NCBI GenBank assembly: GCA_020137815.1
Contig: CM035361.1
Span: 6,200,001 to 6,264,000 of the forward strand
Direction of reading: 5' to 3'
Origin: Hormiphora californensis
Taxonomy: Eukaryota > Animalia > Ctenophora
DNA length: 64,000 nt
The translations under genes and the position numbers were made by a program. Below are positions 53,080 to 64,000 of the stretch, piece after piece. Positions within the stretch are counted from its first letter, which is position 1; each line of letters begins with the position of its first letter. The notes beneath the pieces were generated by a model, which saw only the letters and a program-made list of their open reading frames with translations, was not told the origin of the DNA and did no database searches.

Positions 53080-56000
53080 AACTTGCAGTCACCGGTGCTG
53101 TTTTTGTAAACAAATCCACGGGTGGTGACAGTGAGAAACTCACGTGTGCTCTAACCACCCCTACCGGGTGGGGAATCTAAAACGGTGACCCTTGCGATCA
53201 CTGATTATGATAGTAAAACTGACACTTGGACCTGGGATAAAGGTGCAGATCCCACACGTGAAACTACCAGTAGCAACATAAATGTAGAAGCAAACACGGT
53301 AGTTGCTAACACCATTAGTGTGACATTTAGCCCGCCTGTCAACTTGGAGGAAACCAAGTCGTACAAGTGTGTGGTGAATGTGTATGATCCTGATGATCTT
53401 GATACCGCTGAGGCGACAGATTCTGCTCTGGTTTATCTTCAGAAAATTGGTAAGTTTTCGTCAACAAAATCTGGTTTGAATTATCGAATATTCGAGATAA
53501 AACTTTTCCAGCACTCCCTCAATCACCATAATTAAAATAGGGCTCATAACTTACTATCAGTGCTGCTTGCAGTCAAAATACGGTATCGCGAAATGAGACA
53601 CACACGTTGCATAACGCGCGGCAAAAAGTTCATGTGTCAGCACGTACTAGCGTTCTGATTGGCCACGGTTGCGCGTCGTCTTACTGTATCTTCGTTTTCC
53701 ATTACCGTTTTCCCACTACAAGCGACCGTGTAAACCTTGTAACCCCTTATTTGATATCGTTCCCTCTAATAACGCATAACTTATACCTTGTAACCCCCTT
53801 GTCCAGATCGCTTATCATTATTCGAGACTAATCCACAATCACTACATTTTCACTCGTAGCAACACTCTGTTATTATAGGACTCTTGCTCGACACTATCTC
53901 AGCACGATGAGAATTATTGTAAATGAGGGTTAGCTAGAAAGCATCAAGTATGACTCATAAATCCTAAACTTTTTCAGATTTGGTACTGTCCGATCCTACG
54001 GATAACAACGACAAAAACTTCTACACAATCGGAAAAGACATAGTCTTGACTCCTTACGGCAATGACAAGTATGACATCAAAGATACATCAACTTGTACAT
54101 TTGTTGGTGTAACGAATGGTGATACTCAATACAAGGACAACAAGTTCACAGTAAGTAAAGTTTCAGTATTTTTGAATCACTATGATTTTTACCAAAAACT
54201 GGCCAGATAATGTTGGTTTGGTAATACGAGTGCATTAATAACAATAATAATTTACAGCTGCCTAAAGATAGTGGTAAAAATGGAGACACTGTAAAAACAT
54301 TAACCTGTACCCTTAACTTTGATGGCGCCGGAGATTTAGAAGTTACCTTGACCGAGACGATAAATTTTGCAGGTACATGAATTATTTTAATTGGTATATA
54401 TGACTGGTACATGAGCATATTACACGACCGGGAGGGTAAATGGGAAACAGCCAAATGTTGCTAATGAAGTTAACTCCAAATGTTTAAGTTCAAATATTAA
54501 TTTTAGCTATTGCCTATTTAGCTAACCTTTACAACTCTAATTTCAGACGATTGTAAGGAAGGCCAGTTTTACAACACAACAGATGGTGTCAATATATGTG
54601 AAAATTGCCCCAACAATGAGTACAAGAAGGATGGAGATTCGCAGTACGATGCATGCCGATACTGTGGACCTGGACAACAGCCGAAAGCAAATACGGACGG
54701 AGGTTCCACAGTATGTGAAGATTGCACCATAGGGGTAAGAATTTTAATTGAATTAAATGAAGCCGCCTAGTTCGTTCCTCCATTTTATATAGTTTGTGTA
54801 AGTGTCATTTAATCTAACACCTCCCACCATACAGAACTACTCCTTTTTAATCTAACACCTTCTCCCACCATACAGAACTACTCCTTTTTAATCTAACACC
54901 TTCTCCATACAGAACTACTCCTTTTTAATCTAACACCTTCTCCCACCATACAGAACTACTCCTTTTTAATCTAACACCTCCCACCATACAGAACTACTCC
55001 TTTTTAATATAACACCTTCTCCATACAGAACTACTCCTTTTTAATCTAACACCTCCCACCATACAGAACTACTCCTTTTTAATCTAACACCTTCTCCCAC
55101 CATACAGAACTACTCCTTTTTAATCTAACACCTTCTCCATACAGAACTACTCCACGGGCCTCACAGTGTGTAAACAATGCCCTGCTGGAAGTTACACGGA
55201 TAAAGTAAAAGAGTCAACTTGCATTCAATGTCCTAAAGGATCCTATCAAACTGTGGCCGGTGAAGGGATGTGTGTTCTATGTCCAGCTGGCACGTACAGT
55301 AGCACATTAGGGTCTGCTGATTGCACTGCATGCTACGGAACGTAAGTTGCTCATCATGTCACTATAATTAATACTCTAATTAAAAGCTAGTTAATTCACT
55401 AATTTTGAGTTTTGTAAAAAAATATCCATCCGACATAAAATAGTTTCCACATTTCAGAGTAACAAAAGATGGCAAAGAATTGTCTGCTACGGATGCTAAT
55501 GGAGGAATTGGTGGGACATCATGTAGATCGTGCACATACAACGAGTACTACAATGTAGACGCCAAGGCCTGTGTTCAATGTGGTGACGGAGAGATATCAT
55601 ACGGAACAGAATGCGACAAGTGCCCTCCCGGAACCAAATACAAGCTGGGTAGGTTGCACGTGCAATTTAAAAGAACCCACCCTGCAACCAAAGTGAAACC
55701 CCAACTCCCTCCCCTGCAACCAAACTAAAACCCCAACTCCCTCCCTTGCAACCAAACTAAAACCCCAACTACCTCCCTTGCAACCAAACTAAAACCCCAA
55801 CTACCTCCCTTTCAACCAAACTAAAACCCCAACTACCTCCCTTTCAACCAAACTAAAACCCCAACTCCCTCCCCTGCAACCAAACTAAAACCCCAACTCC
55901 CTCCCCTGCAACCAAACTAAAACCCCATCTACCTCCCTTTCAACCAAACTAAAACCCCAACTCCCTCCTCTGCACAACCAAACTAAAACCCCAACTACCT

Positions 56001-58399
56001 CCCCTGCAACCAAACTAAAACCCCAACTCCCTCCCCTGCAACCAAACTAAAACCCCAACTCCCTCCCCTGCAACCAAACTAAAACCCCAACTCCCTCCCC
56101 TGCAACCAAACTAAAACCCCAACTACCTCCCTTTCAACCAAACTAAAACCCCAACTACCTCCCTTTCAACCAAACTAAAACCCCAACTCCCTCCCTTTCA
56201 ACCAAACTAAAACCCCAACTCCCTCCCTTGCAACCAAACTAAAACCCCAACTCCCTCCCTTGCAACCAAACTAAAACCCCAACTCCCTCCCCTGCAACCA
56301 AACTAAAACCCCAACTCCCTCCCCTGCAACCAAACTAAAACCCCAACTCCCTCCCTTTCAACCAAACTAAAACCCCAACTCCCTCCCCTGCAACCAAACT
56401 AAAACCCCAACTCCCTCCCCTGCAACCAAACTAAAACCCCAACTACCTCCCTTTCAACCAAACTAAAACCCCAACTACCTCCCTTTCAACCAAACTAAAA
56501 CCCCAACTACCTCCCTTTCAACCAAACTAAAACCCCAACTCCCTCCCCTGCAACCAAACTAAAACCCCAACTCCCTCCCCTGCAACCAAACTAAAACCCC
56601 ATCTACCTCCCTTTCAACCAAACTAAAACCCCAACTCCCTCCTCTGCACAACCAAACTAAAACCCCAACTACCTCCCCTGCAACCAAACTAAAACCCCAA
56701 CTACCTCCCTTTCAACCAAACTAAAACCCCAACTCCCTCCCTTTCAACCAAACTAAAACCCCAACTACCTCCCCACCAGAAACCACAACCGAAACCCCTA
56801 ACGCCAACAACGGCTATTGATACAACGTATACTACGTCCTGCGAGGCATGTCCGGCTGGTTCCTACCAAGAACACACCAGGCAGCACGGAATGCAGTGTG
56901 TGTTCAATGGAGAACGGGGAATACCAAACAGAATCTGGATTCCATGTACTGCCTTGTTGCCCAGCCAGGATACTATCTTACTTCTAATTCCGGTAAGAAG
57001 TTATCAGACCCCGATTTACCGGGATGCACTATTAATCAATAGTGGTAAAATTCCCTACCATATTATTCATTTGCGTAGCTTAGGGAATTTTAAATTAACC
57101 ATCAAACTCTCTATCAATAAATTCACTACCAAACTAACAATAAAACTATCTCTACGAACAATTAATTTACTAAATCAAATTAAACTAACACTAATATAAC
57201 CATATCAGCCATCTCTCCCTTCTTACCTAGCTCGACCCCATAACAACTCTCCCATCTCTCCCTTCTTGCCTAGCTCGACCCCATAACAACTCTCCCATCT
57301 CTCCCTTCTTGCCTAGCTCGACCCCATAACAACTCTCCCATCTCTCCCTTCTTGCCTAGCTCGACCCCCTTTCCGTGCGGTTAGAACACATAACAACTCT
57401 CTCTCTCCCTTCTTGCCTAGCTCGACCCATAACATAACAACTCTCCCCCTCCCAGAGGTGCCAGTGAAATGTCCCAAGAACTCATATACCTCCCTTCTTG
57501 CCTAGCTCGACCCATAACATAACAACTCTCCCCCTTCCCTCCTTCCAGAGGTGCCAGTGAAATGTCCCAAGAACTCCCTTCTTGCCTAGCTCGACCCATA
57601 ACATAACAACTCTCCCCCTCCTTCCAGAGGTGCCAGTGAAATGTCCCATCTCTCCCTTCTTGCCTAGCTCGACCCATAACATAACAACTCTCCCCCTCCT
57701 CCCTTCTTGCCTAGCTCGACCCATAACATAACTACTCTCCCCCTCCTCCCAGAGGTGCCAGTGAAATGTCCCAATAGAACACAACTCTCCCCCTCCTCCC
57801 AGAAGTGCCTAGCTCGACCCATAACATAACAACTCTCTTCCAGAGGTGCCAGTGAAATGTCCCATCTCTCCCTTCTTGCCTAGCTCGACCCATAACATAA
57901 CAACTCCCCCCCTCCTTCAGAGGTGCCAGTGAAATGTCCCAAGAACTCATACTCCTCGGGTGGAACGGGCCAGTGTACCACCTGCGACGCAACAAGATAC
58001 GAATACACGAAGGATGAGGGTTCAAGTTATTGTAAAACGTGTCCCTTGTCACTGGATGGTGATGGGAACTGCGGAGGTAAGAGAGTGGGGGAGAGATAGA
58101 TAGATAGCGAAAGGTAGAGAGAGAGAGAGAGAGAGAGGACGACACGAGGAGAGAGAGAGAGAGACCTGAGAGAGACTCACGAGAGACCGAGAGAGCCAGA
58201 GAGAGAATCGAGAGAAGAGAGCAGAGTTGACGAGAGAGCGAGCAGCGAGAGAAGAGCACACGATTGGAGCAGTGACCAAGAGAGAGAACAGAGATTCCCG
58301 AGTAGAGCCCTAGGACGAGAGACGCCATGAATGCCCAAAGATCGAGCTGATACAATAGAAGGAAGGCGAGACCCACGAGACGAGACGAGAGAGAGAGAC

Positions 58400-58485
<86 letters not shown>

Positions 58486-58497
58486 TGAGAGAGAGAG

Positions 58498-58575
<78 letters not shown>

Positions 58576-61500
58576 AAGGGAGAGAGAGAGAGAGAAAGGT
58601 TGAGAAAGAAAGAAAGATAGAGAGAGAGCGCATACCCAATGTTACCATATATTCCTTTACAGCTACCTCGTGTGTTGAAAACGAAGTAAAAATTAGTGGA
58701 GTTGGGGATTACACCTTCCCTGCGACAAAGGCTGGAGTCACAGCAACTTTGGCTTGTGGTGTAAATACCACAGAGCTAGTTACCAGGTTAGCAGTTAACA
58801 CCCCGTTACCATGGTTACCATGGTTAACATGAGCTCAATAGCATAATGCACATAAAAAACCCTTATCTAATCAACTTCTTAATTACCTAATCAACTCCTA
58901 AATTATCTAATCAACTCCTAAATTATCTAACCAACTCCTAAATTAGCTAATCAACTCCTCAATTAGCTAATCAACTCCTAAATTATCTAATCAACTCCTC
59001 AATTAGCTAATCAACTCCTTCTAACATCACTCATCTACAGATATTGTCAAATAGATGGTTCATGGGGTGTAGTGAATAGCGGGGAATGCAACAGCAAATG
59101 GTCAGCTGATGTCAATGAGAAAGTGTCCCTACTGGATGATGTGGATACGAATAACGAAACAGCGACAAACCTTGCAGTTGATAGCATTCAGGAGTTGGTA
59201 AGTAGAAATTCAGTGTTTTCCTAGGAATTACAAAGATTTCTATACTGAATGCTATGGGATTACAGTTAATCCTGTTTCTGCGGATATATGCACATGCATT
59301 TACCCTCGTGAAAGCCTATGTTACACAATGTAATCGGCTTCAGCAGCAAAAGGCATAAGGCACAAAAACCGCTCAATTGCTAACTCTATATCTAATCAAC
59401 TCTATTAGCTAATGTCTTCTAACATCATCTCTACAGATTGTCAAATCAGATGTTCATGGGGTGTGGCTAACATGGCAATTTTGTAACTAGCTAATGGGAG
59501 TCTGATTTAAAGACGCCTGGATACATGGGTGAAAAATACGTGGGATCTGCATACTCACTTGAGATGAGTGATCCTAGGGGGTATGATATCAGGTTTGGTA
59601 GGATTAATCAAGATTCTAGGAGTGTAGATTCTATCATGGGTTGTGAGATCAATAGGATTAGATCATGATTTGATAGGACTAGAATTTAGGGATAGAAATT
59701 AACTAGGATGGGGGGATTCAAAGGTTCAACCTTTTCCATATTTAGAGGGATTTATTCTTGACCATTGTTCGAAGCCTCCTCCCGAACAAACAACATTATT
59801 CATTGTTAAATCATATAAATTCATTATACTTATTTCATGAAAATTTCAGGTAAAAGAGAATGCTGCAGAGATGGCTGCGAAGGATTTGGGAAACATTGCT
59901 GTGTCAGTAGACTCCCTCATTGAAAAGATGGAAGTCGTGGACAATACCACTGTAAGTTCTTTCACTCAAAACATGATCAATAAAACACAAATATCTGGCA
60001 AAAATTAATTCATTATATATCGTTCTTTTTATTTCAATTTCTTTTAGGCCGAAGGTCTTGTCGGAACGATGGGAGGTCTTGCCAGCGCCAGTAACGAGGT
60101 TTTCCAGTCAATAGATGATGCTACGAAGGCTAAAATGGTGGAGAATGTTGCCAAACTTGCCAGCAAGCTCTCTGAGGATTCGGAGGAGATTCAAACCAGC
60201 TCCATCGCCATGGTAACTATGTTTTTTATTGTTGTCATGGCAACTATTTTTAATAGAATAATCAAATCACTCTTTGCAGGCTTTTGCTACATCTCACACA
60301 ATAGCTATAGCTTTACTAATAAATCTCCCCCACTCCAGAAAAAGTACAGCAACGACTCATTGGAGGTTGGTAAGGCTGTCTCCCTGCCCCATCCCACAGG
60401 GAGCAGCAGTTCTGGGTCCAAGTTGAAAATGAAAACCACACTGAAGTCAGCACCCTCTGTTGCTGTGTTCGATAAAACATCAGCCAATAAAATGTTTATT
60501 GCTCCAGTAAGTAGACTTGACTTTTTATCTACTGTCTAGTCCACCCTACCCCAAAAAATATTAATTCAATCAGGGACCCGTAATCCGCAGCCTAATACAT
60601 ACGAATTGACACACCCCCATATAGATGGATAATTAACTAATTAATTAATTGCATCTCCAGGTCGCCGAGGAGGAAGAACAGGGTTTCGGGACGACAACCC
60701 AGGAGCTCGATTCCGAGATTGTCAGTTTAGAATTCGGGGAATCTGATGAACTGTATTTTGAGCTGGAAATGGAGGTTGACACGTCAGCTGATAATTCTTC
60801 CAAGTAAGTAATTTTGTAAATAACTTTGCGCAGAAATTTTCGATTAGGTTATGGCTTACAAGTTTTGATTTGAAACTGAAAACTAAAATTTGGATGAAAT
60901 AGAGAATGAAATAAAGTGTTTTGTTGGGATTCCAGATAATCTAATTGCATGTCACTAAAAAGTTCTCTATATATCTCTAGGAATAACAACAGAACGTGCA
61001 AGTCGTACAGAACATCAACTTTAAAATGGTCAGCCGAGGGATGTGAGACAGTGGAAGGTACGAGCAACAGCGGGAAAGTGATTTACACGTGTAAATGTAA
61101 TCATAACACTTCATTCGCTATTATTCTGGTAAGGATATTAAAATTATAATATTAAATTAATTGATAAATGTCAATTAGGTTTGATAATCTCACTCTCTAT
61201 TTTTAATGAGCTCTTATAATAATCGGTGCTAAAATTATGTGATTGTTTATGTAACATATCCTCTCTCTCAGTCTGCATCGGATATTGAAGACACATCTCA
61301 GTCTACCGCTTCTACAATCCTCAACTCGATAAACATCGCTTTCCTGTTCCTAACGATAATGTGCATCCTGCCCTTCAAACAGTTCAGGACCAGACGATTA
61401 ATGGGTATGTGTAGCAAATCAATAAAATAAACCCTAGCAACACCATAACAACACCCTAACAACACCCTAACAACACCCTATCAAGTATCAACTCCCTAAC

Positions 61501-63629
61501 AACATCCTAACAACACCATAAAGACACCCTAACAACACCCTAACAACACCCTAACAACCCCCTAACAACACCCAAACAACACCCTAACAACACCCTAACG
61601 ATACCCTAACAACACCCTAACAACCCCCTAACAACACCCTAACACCATCCTAACAACACCCCACAGGTATCCAAGTCCAGCTGTGTATCTCGCTACTTCT
61701 CGGCCACATCATGTTCATTATTACTGGAACCTTCTCCAGCTCTAGTGGAGCGTGCATCCCCCTCGTTATTATTGTTCAGTACATGTTCCTGGTAGCCATA
61801 GCTTGGTCCGTCTGTGCTTCAGTGACACTTTATGATAAGGTAAGATTTTGTGAACTGAAATACAAATCTGTATAATTTGTAAACTAATTATATTAGTTAA
61901 CATAAATTTATAGTGAATTACATCAATTAATAAGTTAATTAACCAACCTCTATTTCCTCAGATTGTAAATGCCCTCAAGAGTTACGGAAAGGTAGACAAG
62001 CACTACTTCATTAAGTGTCTGGTGGGCTGTTGGTCATCACCCTTGGTGCTTATCATAGGAACTTACGTCACTGCCACTACTATTGGAATAGATGAGACTC
62101 CGTACATCACACGATCAGGTAAATATATACATAATTTAACACGATCAGGTACGGTCTCGGAGATTCGCCAAATTGTTATATGGCTTTTCTTTTATGATCC
62201 AAAATAATAAACTCTCCCATTATACAGCTCTAATTTATAACGAACCCCACCCCCCATACAGCTCTAATAAACCCCACCCTCCCCCAGCTCTAATTGGCGA
62301 CGAACAATCAGACACCTGTTGGATTGGCTCACCCTGGAAGTGGGTCGGATTTATGATCCCCATCTACCTGTGTATCATGCTGAATATCGTTCTGTTTGTT
62401 ATGGTGGCACGGATTATCATCAAAGCTGGGAAACAGGGCTCAAGTCACGGGCATGCGGTGAGTTAGATACTTATAGTTGATATAGGCTAGGTTACACACA
62501 CTAGCTAGGTTACACACACAGCTAGGAAACACTGCCCCCCCCCCATTATTATACTGTCGCCACTCCCCCATTATACTGTCCACACTCCTCCATTCCCCAT
62601 TATACTGTCCCCACTCCCCCATATAAGAGTTTTACGGTTGAGATAATTACTTGAAATAATTAATTCTAATCTATGTAATTCCTCAGAGAGAATTCAAGGC
62701 GTTGCTATCGATTTCATGCACGGCATGTCTACCTTGGATAATCGCATCCCTGACTGGCATCAGTTTCCTAGCCCAGACCTTCCAGTGGCTGTTTATCATT
62801 GTCACCGGGTTACAAGGTAAATATAGTGAATCCATGGTAACCAACACATGTTACCATGGTATCCGACACATGTTACCATGGTATCCGACACACGTTACCA
62901 TGGTATCCGACACATGTTACCATGGTATCCGACACATGTTACCGTGGTAACCAATGTTTATGTTACCATGACAACCCCCTCAGGTCCGATAATGTTCATC
63001 TGTTTCGTGATCTTCCAGGAGGATGTTATTACAAACATTTTCAAACTTGCCGGACAAACCCCGCCAGAATTCCTGGTTAGTCTTGTTTAATAAACTAGAT
63101 TTAGTTTCAGTTTTAAAATATCCTTAGAATTAGAATCAGGATAATTTCCAATTCCTTCTATTCTAGTATGTACTCATGTCCTGAAGTTTCATTAACCCTT
63201 TAATTCTTAGTGATTCAACACAATCATCCCCCTTCAGATACCACCAAAATCCTCTAAATCGGCTCCCTCAAAGGCTGCATCCAGTGGAGCGGCGGTAACC
63301 AAGGTAACCATTGCCCCGCAACCACAAGCCTCAACTCCAGTGAAACAGGTGGAGCCCGTCCAGAAGGAGAGTGATGCTGCGAAGGAGGAGGAGAATATTT
63401 ACAGCAAAGTGTAAGGAAATCCAGTAGCACTGTTGCGTTAATTATAAATTAATTTAATTATTAATATCTTTAATTTCGGTAATTATGTAGTAAGAGTTAA
63501 TTGATTGAAATTAACTAGAACTAAATTTATTATTTAGGATTATATTATGCAGCAAGAAATCCGTTTTTAACAAATTCTATTTTTCTGCAGGGATGAAAAC
63601 GAAGATAAAAAGTCAGTAACCAATTTAGG
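53080..63629 (+). CDS. Adhesion GPCR (family B2): Ig-like domains, Cys-rich CxxCPxGxY (GCC2/GCC3, ephrin-receptor-like) repeats, HormR, GAIN/GPS, 7TM; continues past the window
   Basis: Exons 53080-53449, 53978-54150, 54258-54372, 54547-54734, 55145-55341, 55458-55648, 56780-56992, 57921-58076, 58663-58786, 59041-59197 (RYCQIDGSW), 59850-59951, 60048-60212, 60339-60506, 60661-60803, 60981-61128 (GPS: WSAEGC...CKCNHNTSFAIIL), 61272-61404, 61667-61839, 61962-62118, 62288-62457 (CWI), 62687-62816 (GLQG), 62984-63075, 63238-63410, 63591-63629. Single-base insertions disrupt the exons starting at 53080 and 56780. Confidence 0.92.
54808..55153 (+). repeat. 9 x ~37-41-bp tandem repeat of branch site, AG acceptor and first 9 exon nt
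   Basis: Unit tttaatctaacacct...catacag|AACTACTCC; only the last copy continues as exon (55145). Confidence 0.93.
55680..56775 (+). repeat. ~34 x 32-bp C/A-rich minisatellite filling an intron
   Basis: Unit caaccaaactaaaaccccaactccctcccctg, ending at the acceptor 56779. Confidence 0.95.
57205..57950 (+). repeat. Composite repeat with five decoy copies of acceptor plus exon start
   Basis: ccag|AGGTGCCAGTGAAATGTCCC at about 57455, 57549, 57628, 57753 and 57844, before the real exon at 57921. Confidence 0.9.
58865..59020 (+). repeat. 20-bp tandem repeat upstream of an acceptor
   Basis: Unit aattatctaatcaactcct(a/c). Confidence 0.85.
61435..61662 (+). repeat. 11-bp tandem repeat (acaacacccta)n
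   Basis: Fills the intron up to acceptor 61666. Confidence 0.9.
62843..62951 (+). repeat. 22-bp tandem repeat containing GTTACCATGGTA
   Basis: Unit acacatgttaccatggtatccg, about 4.5 copies. Confidence 0.9.
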
Positions 63630-63656
63630 GTAAGTCAAACATTTAAAATTAAATTG

Positions 63657-64000
63657 TGACAACCAATAAAATTCACCATGACAACCAATAAAATTCTCCA
63701 TGACAACCAATAAAATTCTCCATGACAACCAATATAATTCTCCATGACAACCAATATAATTCTCCATGACAACCAATATAATTCTCCATGACAACCAATA
63801 AAATTCTCCATGACAACCAATATAATTATCCATGACAACCAATACAATTCTCCATGACAACCAATACAATTCTCCATGACAACCAATACAATTCTCCATG
63901 ACAACCAATACAATTCTCCATGACAACCAATACAATTCTCCATGACAACCAATACAATTCTCCATGACAACCAATACAATTCTCCATGACAACCAATACA
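63657..64000 (+). repeat. 22-bp tandem repeat running off the window
   Basis: Unit ccatgacaaccaatacaattct. Confidence 0.95.

Noticed and set aside
61435-61662. CCCTAA-containing repeats as telomeric sequence (also about 40480-40545)
   Set aside because: The unit is 11 bp or irregular, not (CCCTAA)n, and lies internally.
32119-63629. Single giant gene joining the ricin/Ig exons to the adhesion GPCR
   Set aside because: The lectin gene has its own GPI-signal stop exon (38854), another gene start intervenes (40854), and the GPCR has a candidate promoter and first exon of its own.

Overview
Eukaryotic (animal) genomic DNA with GT-AG introns, dense microsatellites, minisatellites and MITEs, and one 100-N gap (47596-47695). 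A cydippid ctenophore (Pleurobrachia/Hormiphora) is my unverified guess, based on a recalled MITE sequence. Genes were reconstructed by hand from splice sites and reading-frame continuity, and most exons are missing from the ORF track. (1) A minus-strand insulysin/nardilysin-type M16A metalloprotease, 19 exons traced, with intact HxxEH and an unusual N-terminal signal-anchor. (2) A plus-strand signal peptide plus mucin-like module. (3) A plus-strand GPI-anchored ricin-B/Ig protein, with two further upstream signal-peptide modules in compatible phase. (4) The first exon of a secreted PAN/apple-like protein. (5) An adhesion GPCR (Ig-like, Cys-rich repeats, HormR, GAIN/GPS, 7TM). An ~11.4-kb fold-back (about 36170-47575) is probably a read or assembly artefact. 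The most striking pattern is that intronic tandem repeats are repeatedly built from the splice junction itself (exon edge plus GT donor, or AG acceptor plus exon start). This gives arrays of 2 to about 35 copies of a splice site at ten or more junctions in three genes, including both sides of the catalytic HxxEH exon. In addition, all five intact first coding exons have an AG acceptor 1-10 nt before the ATG, suggestive of spliced-leader trans-splicing, and RFX X-box-like palindromes recur in introns, exons and putative promoters.
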